Assembly: GCF_964355755.1 (NCBI RefSeq) | Contig: NC_092680.1 | Span: 12,719,045 to 12,783,044 of the forward strand | Direction of reading: 5' to 3' | Source of the DNA: Antedon mediterranea | Taxonomy: Eukaryota; Animalia; Echinodermata | Length of the DNA stretch: 64,000 nt | Shown: piece after piece, positions 12,525 to 28,063 of the stretch | How positions within the stretch are numbered: the first letter of the stretch is position 1 | Layout of the letters: the number at the start of each line of letters is the position of its first letter | Notes under the pieces: model-generated | Database searches by the model: none | Told to the model about the DNA's origin: nothing | The model's input: the letters and a program-made list of their open reading frames with translations, nothing else | Translations under genes and position numbers: made by a program

Positions 12525-13503
12525 AGTTGGCGTGCCACACAAATGCGCAGCTGCGGAGGAGTCTAAAATCTGTTATGCGCAAGTTCAGAAACATATGACC
12601 ATTATGCATAATGAATATAGAATATTAAGATTTGCCTTAATACTATTTTTCTTTCTTGGTAACTGTGAGATACAGGCAAGCAAATATCTTGTCAGTAGAT
12701 CACACAGGAAGCCGAGAAGGATGCGATGAAAGCGGGGAAACTGATTCAGATACCTCATGTTGAGTGAATGTGGCAGGCCTAGCAAATACGTTGCCTAACT
12801 TGTTAATTGGCAGTGCTATTCTGAAGTTATTTAATTCATGTAATTGACAAGCTCAGATAGCTTAACACGTTTAAAGAGGGTTGTTCACTTTTTTTCCTGA
12901 ACACTTTAAAAACGGAAACAAACCTAGGAAATAACCATTACCAAACACGATCGGAAATGACCGTGTTCGACTAATTGTCAAGATGTGACTTGTCGTCTTC
13001 ATATAACCAACTAACAAACATTTTCCTTTTAATCACCACTGAGTGGCTCACTTTAATGTACTAAACCATATATAAATGAGTCAGTTCATTTCTCAATTGG
13101 ATTGGTCTCGATTGTTCTTGTATAGTTTTACATCAAAAAAGTGTCGAATCATACCTCATCTACCTCTCCACCTATGTTAGTGTTATTTCATTATATCACA
13201 GGCTGTTTTAGAATGTCTCTCCTTATACGGTATTCTTTAATATTTCCAATGTACGTTTATCAGGTTTAAATGTAAACTTAAGGATTAATTAAAAATAATT
13301 ATTACGTCATTTTTTTAAATAAATTAAATAGATTAAATGTTAGGAATAATTGTTACGTCATATTTAAAAATTAATTATCAAAGTGAGTAAATGTTGATAC
13401 TCGACTTTTGTAGTGAACACTGAATTTGTTTGAAAGTTTAAATGTCAACTGAAATAATTATCATAAACAAATTTTAGGAATAAAACTGTTTTTAAAAGTA
13501 TTT

Positions 13504-13582
13504 CCGAAAGCTCGGCAACCTTTTCTGCCTGTTTTACTTTTTCGTTTTAATTTAGCTATTTGCTTATTTATTTTTATCTCCA
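13504..13582 (+). mobile_element. Repeat family Y fragment
   Basis: Aligns with 10252-10328. Confidence 0.6.
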
Positions 13583-16500
13583 AATGTTTTTATACTTTTA
13601 ATGATAGGTTCGAAGGAAATCTGGAACACCATGATCATTTCAATTCTGCGAACAGTTATAAAGTTGGTTGATACCCTTATATTACAAAGAACTTCACTCC
13701 AAAACACAAACCAGTAGGTATCCGATTGCCCTAAGGGTCACCAAGTTGGTAAAGAGTTAAAAAACATATTGAAACAAACAATAATACAATAGTTATTCTG
13801 TTATACTTGTTTTAATATAAGTACCAGCCTTTCTACAGTACCTAGACTCAGATGATTTGATTTCCCTGGTTTAGGCCTAATCTAAATGATATACACTTTT
13901 CAAATGAGTAGGCATATAGGCCTAACTATTTCTTTCGCATGATCTGTAAGTTTTTTCCTTTTCCAACTTTACAACTCCATCTAAACATCAATAATTTATT
14001 TGTGATTTATATTTTTGAAAATATAAAATAAAAAACTGCTCCTGTAAATGAACATTAGTTTTTATTTTATTCGTAATATATTTTACTTTTTTTACTATTA
14101 TTATTTTAGTTTTAAATTTTAACTGGTCTGTATTTTAGAATGTCGAATATAATGGGAAAATATAGTAAAATAAACACAGCCAGAAGCTAACGGTAATTTA
14201 ATTCTTTTCCATTGTTAAACGTATGTAATCAGTTACCGTATAAAATAATATATATTTAAATCACCCAATCTATCATTTAATATCATATTGTAAATTACAT
14301 TAATTCTAACTGAAATGGACGTTTAGGTTTCTTAGTCATAAAGGATTTTTTTTAAAGTTTAATGCTTTTTTTAAGATTAAATTATTTGTTATTGTTGAAA
14401 CTAATCGATCATTTAAATTGTATTAAACAAGAAGGTAACACAGCACAAAGGTCGCCTGCTAGATGTTCGTTAATTTTTCTCTGTGAAAAAGTTCTAACTT
14501 GTAATTGATGTCTTAAACTCGTTTTTATTGTTAGCTTTATAATGTTAACACCTGGCCTATGGCTTTTTCTGTTAATAATTGATGATATACCTGTGTTTTC
14601 AATCGACCAACCCCAATTCAATCATTTTCCTGTTGAAATACAAAAATCCGGATTTTTCAACGTTTTTATTCAATAAGAACAACATACTGAATAACATTCT
14701 TATACAATAAAATGTATTTTATCTGACTGCCTGTGATGTTTATAATACTAGAAATTGTATTATTATTTATTTAGTTTTATCATATTAATACAATATGCCT
14801 TTTTATAATGATATACTACCGTATATGATTTTGAGACTAGTTTTCTCCGTACAAATTCATGAACATTAATATAGAAAGTATTATCAAATTTTGATTATTT
14901 TTATAACAAAAATCGTGATTGCATATATATTAATTTATGTTTGTCATTTTTGCCTATAGTTATGCAGACAGGATGTTTTAATGCGCAACAATTAGAATTT
15001 CAGCTAAAAAAAATATATTAAGATTTGAGGATTTGCTGGTGAAAGTTGGCACTTTATGGCCGCTAGAAACGCTAATGGAGCGCGTTCATTTCTCAGCCGT
15101 AGGCCTATGCACGTCGTACGCCGGCTTGGTTTTACTGACTCCTTCTTTTTGTCCGAATGGGTAATATGAAAAGATGTCTTTGATTTAATATTTAGAGTTC
15201 ACGATCAAACACTTTAACGCCTAATTAGTCGATTTGTGGCTAGCTAATTTGCCTCAATTTTAGCCTGTCAGAGTTACTTTTTCAACAAGAAATCTTTCCG
15301 CATTGTCCACCGTGACCTTGACTAAACTACGCTGAAATTATCCAAATAAGTGATTTGTCTACATAATAGTTTCGACAATACAGTGACCCAAATGTGTACT
15401 ATTCAGCTACGACGTGTTTCCGTTTCGCGTTTCAATATTTTTGTACAATTGTTTGACCTGGGATGACCGATTGGTGAAGGGGAATTCTAAAACCGTGTTC
15501 ATTCATTTTGACGACGTTAAGTCGAACTGTCAACACACGTGCTTAATTCAATTCGATTTGATTCTATCGACGAGTCGAAATGTGTTTATTATAGAATTCA
15601 AGGGTCACCAATTTCAGCATAGTACGGTACACTATGTAACTCCATAAACTCATTTGCCAAATTTTATAATGACTATGTTAAAAAATAGAAATATTCTTTT
15701 TACGTATACTTGTATTAAAATTACTATTTTTTAATATTACCTTAATGTGAATTTAGTTTAAAACACCCTCGCTGCAAGAACACCACATATAAAATATCTA
15801 ATTGGGATTCATTCCATCAAATTGATCCTTTGATGGCTTAACTGCCTGTTTTATTGTTAAGCAAGTCTTAAACCAGCATTGCTTCCTTTCTTATGAGGTT
15901 ACTTTCAATTGTGGTTTTATTTTTGTTTACTATTTATTCATAAAGTTCACTCCGTGAGCTTGCACTATTTGCGGTTGTTACGGTCTATTTAAAAAGGCTA
16001 TAGTTTGGGATGTAAATTTAATTAGGGATAATTTGTTTACTATAGCACAAACAAAGACACATAATCGATTTATTCACATAAATACCCCCATTATGGAATG
16101 TACCGTATTGCACTAAAATAGAATTGTGTATCCGTTTAGGTATAAACCACTGGGCTATTAATCTAGAGCGGACACAAGCACTACCCCTGGATGCTCTCTT
16201 GACAGGGAAGAGTGAATATAATAATATAATTATAGATTATATTATTATTAATTTCACTTTTGCTTGGAGGATTCAAGTTAAAATGTCCACTTGGTGCAGG
16301 TATCCAGGTTAAAGTTACGGTGTGAATCATTCATTAGCCAACTCGGCTGCCATCTGTCTTAGCTATTGCATATATCCAACAGCGTTTCAATCAACATTAT
16401 ACAAGGTGTCTGGCCCTTTTAGACTAATATCGCATACATTGGCCTCTTAAATTGAAATGATATAGGTTAACAATTATTAATATGAGTATTATGTATTATA

Positions 16501-17660
16501 GCTGTTACTGAGTTTTTTCCAATTCTTGGCTCATCGCTCGTGTAATTTTTGTGGTGATCGGACTGTTTATCACAACGTTGTTTATTTTTTTATATAGGCC
16601 TACTTTTTTATTCTGTTTACAGAAGTTATACAAATCTGAAATTAAATATTAAATATAATATGTCATTTACTTACTAAAACATTATTCTTATTGAATTCCA
16701 ATGGGCGTTAATTTGCGTTTTCAACATTCACAAAACTTACATAGTTTTAACAAGAAAACGAAAAAAAAAACTTGCTAAGGCAGTGTTGAAATAAAAGAAA
16801 CGAAATTTAAGGTATCAAAAAATGTAAATATTTGTTTACTCTTATATTTTAGGCATATAAGTATTATTATTCTTCTTCTGAAGTATGTTATAAAGTGTAG
16901 GCCTAGGCCTATAGTGTGTTAAGAATAACACCGGCCTATACTTTTATTCATGTAAAATATAACCTGACAACAGAAATTTTCCCCGTTGCTTTATTGACAT
17001 CTATTCTATTAAGAGATAAAGCCAATTATTCATATTACCCTGTAGTATTGTACAACATGACACGATGTTAAAACATTACTAATAACCTAACTATGTTATA
17101 GCTGTACAATAAAAGGTCCGTTATTTAAATATCATTATATTGTTACATGGTATAATCAAACATCTTTAATCTTTAATCTTCGCTCATTATTCCTTCACAC
17201 TTGGTTTACAGTCCATAGCCCGGAGCTCCCAGAAGCGCAAATATTCTACTAGTCGAGGTTCAATGTATAATCGGTCTTTGCTATTAAAGAAAAAACTCGA
17301 ATAATGCCCTTATTGTTAAGCTACCAATTGAATTGACTTAAGTCTTCGACAACTTTTATGCTCTTAACAAAATTGAGCAAATATTCGGTACACTTCTAGC
17401 CTCTGCGTTTGAGTATTTCCAAGGTCCCTTAAAATACTAACTGTTCAGCAAATACTGGTGCTTTGTGTTGCTCTGGTTTTGGGCTATAGAATTTCAATCC
17501 TCAATTTATTTTCTTTTATTCTAATCTATATTTCCTTCACAAGAACAATATCAATCATCTTTTGTGTCACTGTACTTTTAGGTCTGTTTTTGATCTATAC
17601 AACTCATTAAAAATGTCCTATTTTTGGAAATTTGATTGGATGTTGAGTTCAATTTGATTG

Positions 17661-17965
17661 AAATATATATTTATACTGGGTAACCTCTTCAGTCAAAGAC
17701 TGGTCTCCCAGAGGGCCCAGTTGGTGATCAGTGGCTGTGATGTACTAATACACCGGGGTAACCCCCTACTCGTCTCGAAAGATGTACTAGGTTCTTTAAA
17801 GTGCACACGAGCAAGTTGTGTACACTGGACCTACGGTTTATAGTCCTTATCCGAGAAGACTCGTTCTACCACCAGACCCATGGAGTGAGTGAGCTCGAAC
17901 CCCTGCCGATGTTATGGCTACGTGATTACGGTTCCACTGTCTTAACCGCTCGGCCACTCACCCAG
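17661..17965 (-). mobile_element. Full-length tRNA-derived SINE with Deu/Nin-type central domain
   Basis: Minus strand: A box TGGCCGAGCGG, B box GGTTCGAGCTC, core TCGGATAAGGACTATAAACCGTAGGTCC...GCACTTTAAAGAACC...GAGTAGGGGGTTACCCCGGTG resembling the Deu/Nin domain, then an AT-rich tail. A second copy lies 950 bp away. Confidence 0.85.
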
Positions 17966-18611
17966 CTTGGCCACTTCCAACTAGAGTATAGCTGATGTTG
18001 GTTTCTGCACCCACTGTTCTTTGGCAACAATTTGAATTTGTCTGCTACAACTATGTAACTTCAACAAATACGAAAAACTATGTGATCAACTCATAACTTT
18101 TCACTCAAAAATCATTTGCTGATGCTGCTTTTTCGAGTATTTTTATTTTGAACTTATTTTGTTACTACTTTTTATCTCACACGACTATTCAAATGATAAT
18201 AGAAAAATTTGTGTGGAATAGGTTTGAGTTAAAAAGTTCAATCTGAATAAACTTTAAAACATTATAAAGCACTTCATGGTAAAAAGCGCCATCAGTCATC
18301 TTGTGAGCTAACGATAAATATGCCTTAACTTCAAGAAGTTCCTAAATGTTATCAGCCTCAAACTATTTTTTTATTCTTATTTCCTTTCCTTACTTTCTTC
18401 TGAGTTAAAATAAAAATGATTACGCTTTTAATCAATTAGTAATCAAATACAGTAGTAACAGAAGCCACCTTCATTCTCATTAATATTATTTACGTCTATT
18501 TTTAGACGCAGAATAAAACAACAGAATAATTTCATGATTGAATTGTTGATTTTAGGAATCAATGCTAACTAAAAGGACATAAGATGAATAAAGATTAATA
18601 TTTGAATTTGT

Positions 18612-18792
18612 TATTTTTTATACTGGGTAACCTCTTCAGTCAAAGACTGGTCTCCCAGAGGGCCCAATTATGATCAGTGGCAGTGTGTGTACTAGTAGAC
18701 AGGAGTAACCCCTGCTCGTCTCGAAAGATTTACTAGGTTCTTTAACGTGAAAATGTGAGCTAAATGTGTACACTGGACCAACGGATTATAGT
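18612..18792 (-). mobile_element. 5'-truncated copy of the same SINE
   Basis: TATACTGGGTAACCTCTTCAGTCAAAGACTGGTCTCCCAGAGGGCCCA is identical to 17672-17719, and similarity continues to about 18792. Confidence 0.9.
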
Positions 18793-20994
18793 AGATGCCT
18801 AATACGTTATCTTAATTCGGTTATTCTATGTATGTTGTCGAACAAGACAGTTAAGACTGTGAATGCGAATCTATAAAATAAATATAAATAAACAAAAATA
18901 CTATTAATTAACCTTCTTTATTTCGTAGGGACTAGACTGCAATGCTGATAAGAATAACAGGCATATAATATCATTGCAAACATGAAGGAATATGAAAGTG
19001 CATCTTGCACAGAATCTTTGCGAAATCTGAAAACAAATAGAGAAGACAAAAACTGACAGGCTGACAATTAAAGGTAAAGACGTATATAGATGCATCTTAC
19101 AGATATAATATGCAAATGCTTATATACAGGACATATGGAATTAACTGTATGTATGCTTTTAATTATTACTTTTGTGCTTATTTAAGTTTACATTCACACA
19201 AATGGTCTAAAAGAGAAACATCTTCAAAGTGTCGATAGCCACTTTGAGCTTGTATGTCCCTGTGTAAACACCAATTTCAAACGTGAAACCGGTGAACAAA
19301 GGTATACACCCTCCCCTGAGTACTCCCTCCACTTGTCAGCCAAATTATGAATATAAAATCCACCAGCATACGTCAATATAGGCTTCTGTCTTACACACGT
19401 TTTGAGGAATAGGTGTTACACGCTATTGTTACTTGTGCAAATTAAAATGCTTAAAATGACAAAGATTCTTCTGAAATCAGAAGAGTCTTACTGATGGGTA
19501 CTTCATGAGTTAGATTACCACTAAGCGTATACTAATTTTTTTAATACATCAATACATTAGTAAATAGGTGTCCTCGGCCCACTTATTATATTTTGGATAA
19601 CTGAATGGCCTATTTTCATCACTTTGTTGGGATAACACGTACTTTAACAATCAATGTATGTATTACTGTTATTAAAAAGGAACAATAACCATTAACAAAG
19701 AAAAAAAGTTAAGTTATCAACTTTAATACACTATTAAGTAAATGTGCTTTTATCAAAATGAGATAACCTTTGACCTAAATATAGGCATAATTTCAGATTT
19801 TAGTGTTTTTACAATCAATTAAAGCACAGTTCCCTTGGTTTATAAACAATCTGTTAATTACCGTATTGTTTTGGTGAAAATTCAATCTTAAAACTTTATA
19901 TTTTTTTTGGTGTATGCTAGTGGCAAACTTACTTCCTAAAACATATTTTGAGTAACTTAAATGAAATCAGAATTAATTTATTATTCATCGCTAAAATACT
20001 TACGACTACTCGGATTATGCTAACCAACAACAGAATGCTTTTTAAAAATCGAAATCAATCATGGCCGCCGGGGGCGTCGTTCAAAGATATCGATCCACAT
20101 TTTCATAACGAATAATATCTTTAAACGTAAATCCCAAATTGTGCTTTTGACTAGTAGTTAGTATTATTAGTAGTGAAAGAGTAAATACATTATTATTATT
20201 ATTAATTAGTGCTATTATTTTGTTAAAGAATTATTGTCTTAAGGTCTAGATTAGAAATCGATCTGCGCTTTGTACCCTCTAATTCAATCTAATACAACAT
20301 GTATTTACTTTATTAATTAACACAATAGTCGAACTTTAAAATAAAAAAGAAAATAGGCAGGTTAACTAAAGATAGTAGTTGATCCAGGCATGAAGAAATA
20401 GAGATAAAAGGCCGTCAAAAAGCAAGTTGAATTTACCATTCTGAATAGCTTAGGCCTACTGCGCTATATACGCTTATATGTCACAAACAGACAACATAAA
20501 CACTTTAAAAAATTATTGTTTAAAGAATCAATTTTTATGAATTATCATCTCATTAATATTACTATCATCAACGTAATTATCAACGTCATCACATCGTCAT
20601 GAACATCTTTATTTAAAGTTACTAATTATAATTTAATAACTACAAACATGTAACATTTTGTGAGAGTGGTGCCAATTTACATCTGTTTATGTTTTTTCGT
20701 AAAGTCACTGCTTTATTCTAATTAAAATCAGTTAAAAAACTTGATTCATTTAAGTAATCATAATCAATCGAAATCATTATTCAGATCATAATTGTTAAAA
20801 TGAGTTCCTCCAGTTTATAATAAACAGATGGTGAAATTGACTATGTGTCTTAAAACACAAAGAGAAAGTTAAAGGTTTCTTTAATAGAAACTATCGCCTA
20901 TAGCCAACAATAACAAAGAAAGTAAGTGTGTCAAAAAGAATAATAACTGATTTAAGCTAACATTTACAATATAGTATATTCATAGTGTATAATA

Positions 20995-21380
20995 GACTGG
21001 AATGGTCACCCCCGGTAAAAATATTGTTGAAATAATTTATAATATATTTACATGAATTAATAACACTTAATTTGAAAAAATTAAAAATCAATTAGTCTGT
21101 ACAGATCTTAAATTAAAACAGAAAAAAAACAACATCAGGAAAAGTTTTTAAAGTGACAGTAGATCAGTTTACATACACAACCCGAATACACGAATGCATC
21201 CGAATGTACGAACGTACCCGAATGCACGAACGTACCCGAATACGTGAATCGTAATGAGTGTAAACCAGGTGCTGGTGGTTTTTTTACTAATATTATTTTC
21301 AGTTCTCTAATCCCAATATCTAACACAGTATTGTGTATTCGGAATAAAAAAACAAACATTACTGGGGTTTTTTCCGACCT
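20995..21380. mobile_element. Degenerate TIR element containing an 18-bp internal tandem repeat
   Basis: Left GGAATGGTCACCCCCGGTAA versus right TTACTGGGGTTTTTTCC (imperfect inversion); internal CCCGAATRYACGAAYGYA, about 3.5 units at 21181-21249. Confidence 0.35.
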
Positions 21381-24300
21381 TATGGTATAATGACATAGTT
21401 TATTTAAATTGAGAACACGAATTTTGAGGTAGCAATACGTGCTAGGGAACACCAGGATATTAGTTCGTATGTTAGATTGTTAAGGTAGCAAATAGGATAT
21501 TAGTAATATAGTTCGTAAGTTAGATAACGACATTTTAACTTAGGCATGTTGAATATTGTTTTTTATACACACTTTTCATTATATTTTAATAGCTAAATAT
21601 TATTTCATAATTTTAGAACCTTTTTCATTTTTCATAATTTATCTCGTAGTATGAGACTTCTACATACAGTAAAGATTGCATACTCTTAGTTTGTACTTTT
21701 AGGTTATCCACTATACATGGTATTTCAAATAACACTTTTTAAAGTTAAAATTTGAAAGTTTTAAGAATTTTATTTAAAATCCTTTGAATTGTCAAGGTTT
21801 TAAACATTTTACTATTTTTTTGTAAAACAGCTGTTGGGTGTATTTTTTTACAAAAAAACTGTAAATGTAACAGTTTTTTTTTAACACTGTAGGCATATAC
21901 ATGGTATTTCAGATAGTTTAGAAGAGAAATTTCAAAAGTAATTCAATTGACGATTTAGATGTATGGCTTTGTGCTTTAATCGATTAAAGCACATACAATA
22001 ATCGAATCTTTTCAACATATGGATCCATAAACTTTATTTTCATTTTGTCCCATGGATTTACGTAATATTTCTCATAAATTCCTATAATAAATAGTTTGAA
22101 AACTACCATACTAAACAATAGAATAACCAATTTAACTGTTTGAAAAAAAGGTTGTGCAAATGTACAAGAATAGGTTCAATGTTAAAAAGCTAATATTGAC
22201 TACGACCTTCTCATGAAACTTGATATTCTTCTGTTAAAAGTCGTTCTCCAAATCACATAATCAATTTTTATATTGATCTTATTTATCTGCTATTTGTACA
22301 ATGATCTGCTTCACAAACGAAAGCTATTTGAGAATATAAAATATGAGACGGGGTACCAAAGTGTAAACTTAGAACAACAATAGTGTCTTAGCTGTTCAAA
22401 CAGTAAATGTGATACGTTTGGAAGCATCAACTATAGTTTACAAAAGAAGACAAGAATTACAGAACAAATACAATTCGATATGAACGTTTGAATGAGACAA
22501 AGATGATATGATAGGAATATAGCGAAATAAGCAACTTGTTTAAAATTGGCAGATTATTGTGATGTTAGACCGATTTATTTGTAAGAATCAAAAACATTGG
22601 TTTTATGTTTATGTGAGCACTATTTCCACTTTTTTTGAAACGAAAAAAAATTCGCAACCACACATGTACTGTAGGAGTTCATAAAAGATTCGAATAATTT
22701 GTCAGTGTGAAACTTAATACATTTCGGGTATAGGCCTACATGATTGTTTATTTGTTGATATTTGTAAATTATTATTTTTTATATTTTGTCAGGAACGTCT
22801 CTGCTGCATTGAGCCATACAACTTTATTGCATGGTCTCATGTTATATCATTTCAAGTTTCTTTATTTTTGTTCAGGAAAAAGGAATTATTTTAGTTTTAG
22901 AAATGTATTATTGAAAACATAATTACGTCCTTTGCTAATTTTATGAACAGAACCCACTTTCAAGTTGAGACTAATATACGATCTGTACGGTTCAGTCACC
23001 TCTAGTGCTAGTAGATGGCTGTAAGTGATTTAAATTGAATTTCGCCTGTACGAAGGAAGAGCAGCTCTTTCCCCTGAAGATAAAGCCCGGTAGCCACTGT
23101 CATTTTATAAACCTGTATTATTACCGTATCGTGTTTCTCTCTGTAGAATTTAAAGGCAAGGTGTTGGTTGTGAGATTCTCTGGGGAGTGATTGATCTAGA
23201 TGTATTTTCATTAACGTCTAATCCAATGCAACTAAATTCCAGTAATGTCTTTGGAATATGACTTTGTAGAAATTTAACTTTTTTTTTCCAAAGATAATGA
23301 AAGAGTTAATATAGAGTTTCCGCTTATTTCTCCTTCCTTAAAGCAATGAATTGTTATTGTCCCGTAAGCTTTAATTTTGTATTACATTATATCACCTGAC
23401 TAATTGTACTAATTAATGTTACTAATTGAGTGAGGTACGATAAATTAGCATAAATAGTGGGCAATTAACCTTGTATATAATACAGATTACATTCTGTAAC
23501 CATTCATTATGGAACCAGTAGTAACACACTTTTCTGTTTTGAGTGTTATTACCAATGACGTCATTATCGTTATTTTTTGCTTCCTCTGTTAACTATTGAA
23601 TATGAAATTATGGGTGCCTTTATTGTCACAACTGAAACAGGACTGTAAATAATAATGCGTGTATAGGGCTACTCGTTCTTCCCACCCGGAATTAGAAACA
23701 ATATATAGATAATTTTTTTAAAGATAATTTTCCCTTTTGCGTTATAAAGTCAATAAGAAATTTCCATTTTTTTTATATTAAAGAAAGTTTGTATTACGTT
23801 GTATATACATTTACTATCACTACTAGTATCATCACATCCATTAAGGTCATATCTTCGACATCACCAACATTTACTAAAGGTAAATTGTTTATTTCTAATT
23901 GATTGTGTCCAATTATCAACCAGACAATAATTTATTTGGCAAATTTGTTAGGCCTAACTACCGAAATTACTTTTCGTATATTTTCAATCAAATCAAAAGA
24001 AAACTTAGTTTAGTTAGGACCAAGGCTTCAATAATGTTCAATACGCCTTTCTAACAAAAAGATTACACATAACACTAATAGGCCTAATATTTTTACATTT
24101 TCCTTAATAACAAAGAATTCGTCATTAAAAAATGTGGTTGTGGTCGACTGAACAGCGCGTAAATTACGCTAATGCTGATTGGTTGTAATTGGACTGATGT
24201 AAATTGGCGAGCGTTAACTTGTGAGAACTAATTGTAGTGTCATTACACACAACAAGTGACTCATTATTGTACATGAATGATATCTAAATGAGTCGAATGT

Positions 24301-24592
24301 GTTCGACTTAATTAGCGTAGTCTGAACTGTTATGAAGGATGGTACTAAATTATAATTACCCATTTGTTAAATTGTTGCATATATTCTTAGATTTAAAACA
24401 TGAAAATAAAATTTCAGTGAAGGCATTTTCGATAATGCAAGTAAATTGTTGGAGTGATAACTTTGTACATTATAATAAGCCAATTGTAATTGCCTCGTCT
24501 ATATTATATATTCATTGAACTGCAGATATGATATGAATACAAATTAATAATTACAAGAAACATATTGTAACACATTAGTACACACATTCTAA

Positions 24593-24748
24593 AGCTCTGT
24601 CTACACTATACACTTTATGTCATAAAAACATGTGATGTGCCCATATATGGACATGACGATGTCATATCACTACCATATTTAGGAATACCACTACCATATT
24701 TAGGCACATCACACTTTTTTGGTCAAACTAGTTTGATAGTGTAGATCT
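24593..24748. mobile_element. MITE family A
   Basis: TAA-AGCTCTGTCTACACTAT...AGTTTGATAGTGTAGA. Confidence 0.85.
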
Positions 24749-27700
24749 TTGTGTATTCAACGTGTTTATGTTATCCGTTTATGAAACACCTTGAGCAGTT
24801 TATCAAACGTTTAGGCCTAAACACATTTAAAACATTCTAACATTAAATTAAATCTTTTTTGATGGGTCCTTTTTCAATGTAAATATGTTCTGTTTCATTG
24901 TTTGAATGTGATATTGGTTATCGCGGTATAATAAAAAAAAGTGAGCCAACCATTGGTCTATGTGTCCTACAAAAGTTAGAGATTCATTATGTGTAGGCCT
25001 AAGTAACTTCACCGAATAGGAAATATGGAAGTATGTTATAAAACAATGGTATAACACAGCATATGTTACCGTGATTGAATTGAAAGTATACGGTAGATTC
25101 ACTAACAAGAAAACAATAGCAAGGATTTTCCTTCCATTCTAATAACGCGACTTAAAATTTAGCCTCGGGGTATCAAGTTGTAAAAAACTAAAAAAAGAAG
25201 AAAAACTTAAGCATCTTTTCTGAATTCTAAATCAAATAGTATGTTGAAAGACGTGACCACTAGAACAATGTATTTAAAGAGGTTTGGGTTGATTGTACGT
25301 CTTAATATCCACATTGTTGTTTCAGCCCATTTGAACAATAATATTTGAAGTCCTGCATAAGTATAATCTGCTATATTTTAATTATTATCATTTAAGTTGA
25401 TTTAAAAAATAATAGTTTGTCGAATATACATTGCTGTATAAGTTTCTTTATAAAATTATGTTAAAAATATTTACTGCATGTAAAATAAATAATTTTAAAT
25501 AATAGGTCATAGAAAAGCATGTATCAATAATAGAATTCGATACCATTCATTCGGGTAAGGTATCATTGTTTAAAAAATCAAATTATTTCAAACATGAATA
25601 AAAAATAGTAAGAGAAATATTGAAATTGACGCAGCGTCATCTTGTTTACCGATAACTACAGAGATAGATTTTATTCTCTATGAGTAAAGAGGTTGATCAT
25701 CAAAAAACGTTAAAAGAAATTGAAAAATCAATAAATAATTATAAGGAGACGTTCTAAAAATTATTATGTATTTTTATAGAAAATGAAGAAAATTAATATC
25801 GAGAACAAACTCATAAACTATTAACACATATTATAAACTATTAACAAATTAAATTAACAAATATATACATAAACACTATCAAACTTTATTTTTCATTAAA
25901 CTCAAAGAAAATAAAGTTCAGTAAACCAAAATACATTTATATATTGCCATGCATAATGATACATCGTATTGATTTTGAAAGCAGAGCAGTTGACTGTGCA
26001 GTGGGTTAGCCATAACTTGGCATTTGTATACATAGGCCTATACCCTTTTCTTATGTTTTGAAAGCAATATTCTATTACTAAACGAACCATATTCTATTAA
26101 GCCTATTATTATTGTTGTTAATTTATACAATGCAAACTATAATAAATTTTAAACATAAAAAATAATGTTTCAAAATAAATGAGTGCCTGAATTCTGAGTT
26201 AAAATGTAACATTACGAGTTTAGAGTTTACATTTTAGAAAATTGCAAATTTTAAGTTAAAATTTATCCCAATATAAATTTCGAGTTAATATCTAGAGCAA
26301 CAACTTAATATCAACAATTGATTGATTGACTTGACGCGTACTTATTACAAAATGCAAGTTACACCAGCTCAATGTATTTATATATGTTGCTTGTAAAGCC
26401 ATGCCCTGTTTTAATGTTTGTATTCAGGGGATAAAATTGCAAATTTTGACGTGTAAGTCCAGGTGAAGGTTGCTTACTATCTTAAGGAACGCGCAATCCG
26501 TCATTAAGTAAGCGTTTTCAAACATTGAACTTAAGGAATTGAAAGTACGCCTAAATTACTACACAGCTTTTTCTCTGATTAAAGTCATGTTTCCAGAGGC
26601 AAGGCCAATCATGACATGTTTAACTGACTGTCAGAAAGAAAGTGTTGAAGAGTACATTTTTCTAAAGTGACAAATACTTCGATTATACTCATACAAAATG
26701 CCTTCTATCCCAAATTATGATTTTTTTATTTTTCTAGAGATTATTGTTATTAAAAACATACTGAATTCATTCAATTGACTTGACACCTGAAGTATGATGT
26801 TGAGATCCATTACATTTTTATTTACTGGTTAGTAGTTCTAGTTCATTTTTTGCTGCTGCCAATTCTGTATCTTCGTCATACTTTCGTAATTCAATTCGAC
26901 TTCACAACGCTATTACGCGTACGTCTACACAGCGTTCCACGCATGCTCATTGTTTTACTGATTGTGCGCAATTATTTTCGACTGCGTAATCTTGTGGTGC
27001 CTCCTATCATTAAGGTCATGTCGTCATCATGTCTGTGGCCCCGTTGTCCGTTTTGCAGCAAGTGATGTACAGTATAAAGATGTTATTATGATAATGTTAG
27101 CTTTCCAAGATATTGTCTGAATCTATTTCATTTACTATCTCCAAATATGATTAATGTTTCGATTTCTAGAATATTTTAAATGTTTTTTGTAAATACCTGG
27201 AAGTTGTTATTATTACTATGTTATAAGACTAGGTTAAATTCCTCTAATTCATTTCATTTTTAGGGATTTTTAAAAATAAAAACAAATTAATTTATCTTAA
27301 AATGAAATTCTTATTAACTTTTTTAAATGTTTTCAATGTCAATTAGTTCATTACAAATGTTAAAATATAGAAATCTTTTATATACACGGCACTATTTTCT
27401 GCACAGCAAAAACCAAATCATTAATCCAAAAAAATTATTTATTCATAATAATGAATACACTATTTCTTCATACACTTTTACTGCACTTTTTTAATGACTG
27501 AGAAGGCTGGAACACGACCGCTCAGCCAACTTTAGCCAAAGGTTATACTACATTCATTAGGCTATTGATTTAAGCAATGTTTTTCATATTATTTTGGAAT
27601 AATTTGACAGCAATTAGCCTTTTAGAATAGAGGCAAGCCTGGCTCGTTCATGTTGTTTACACGTAATGGATTTTGACCTACCCATTTAACGTTTGTTATA

Positions 27701-28063
27701 TTTGAAATGCTAGCGGGTTGGAATACCTGTACATCACTGCATAGTACGAGTATTTATTCTTGATATCGTGACATCTTCAAAAGATACACATCTGCAGAAA
27801 TGTGAATAATAACCAAATAATTTTAAGCAGTTAGCCTCATGAATACAGATGTCGTATGTAATTTGGAGTGCGCCTGTTATTTAGTATATTGCCTCTTGGA
27901 AATGTAATATTCCTACGCCTTTGTCATTTATTGGATGTGAAGTAGCGCGTAACTTAATACGCGCTCACGTACCAGAAGTATGCTAGGTATAGTAAAAACC
28001 AAGGCTTGAATATTTATGGTTAATTTGTGTATATGTCATGTTAGCAGCCTCGTTGGCCTTAGT

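Noticed and set aside
13745-13760. piggyBac-like end GGTAAAGAGTTAA
   Set aside because: No matching opposite TIR found.
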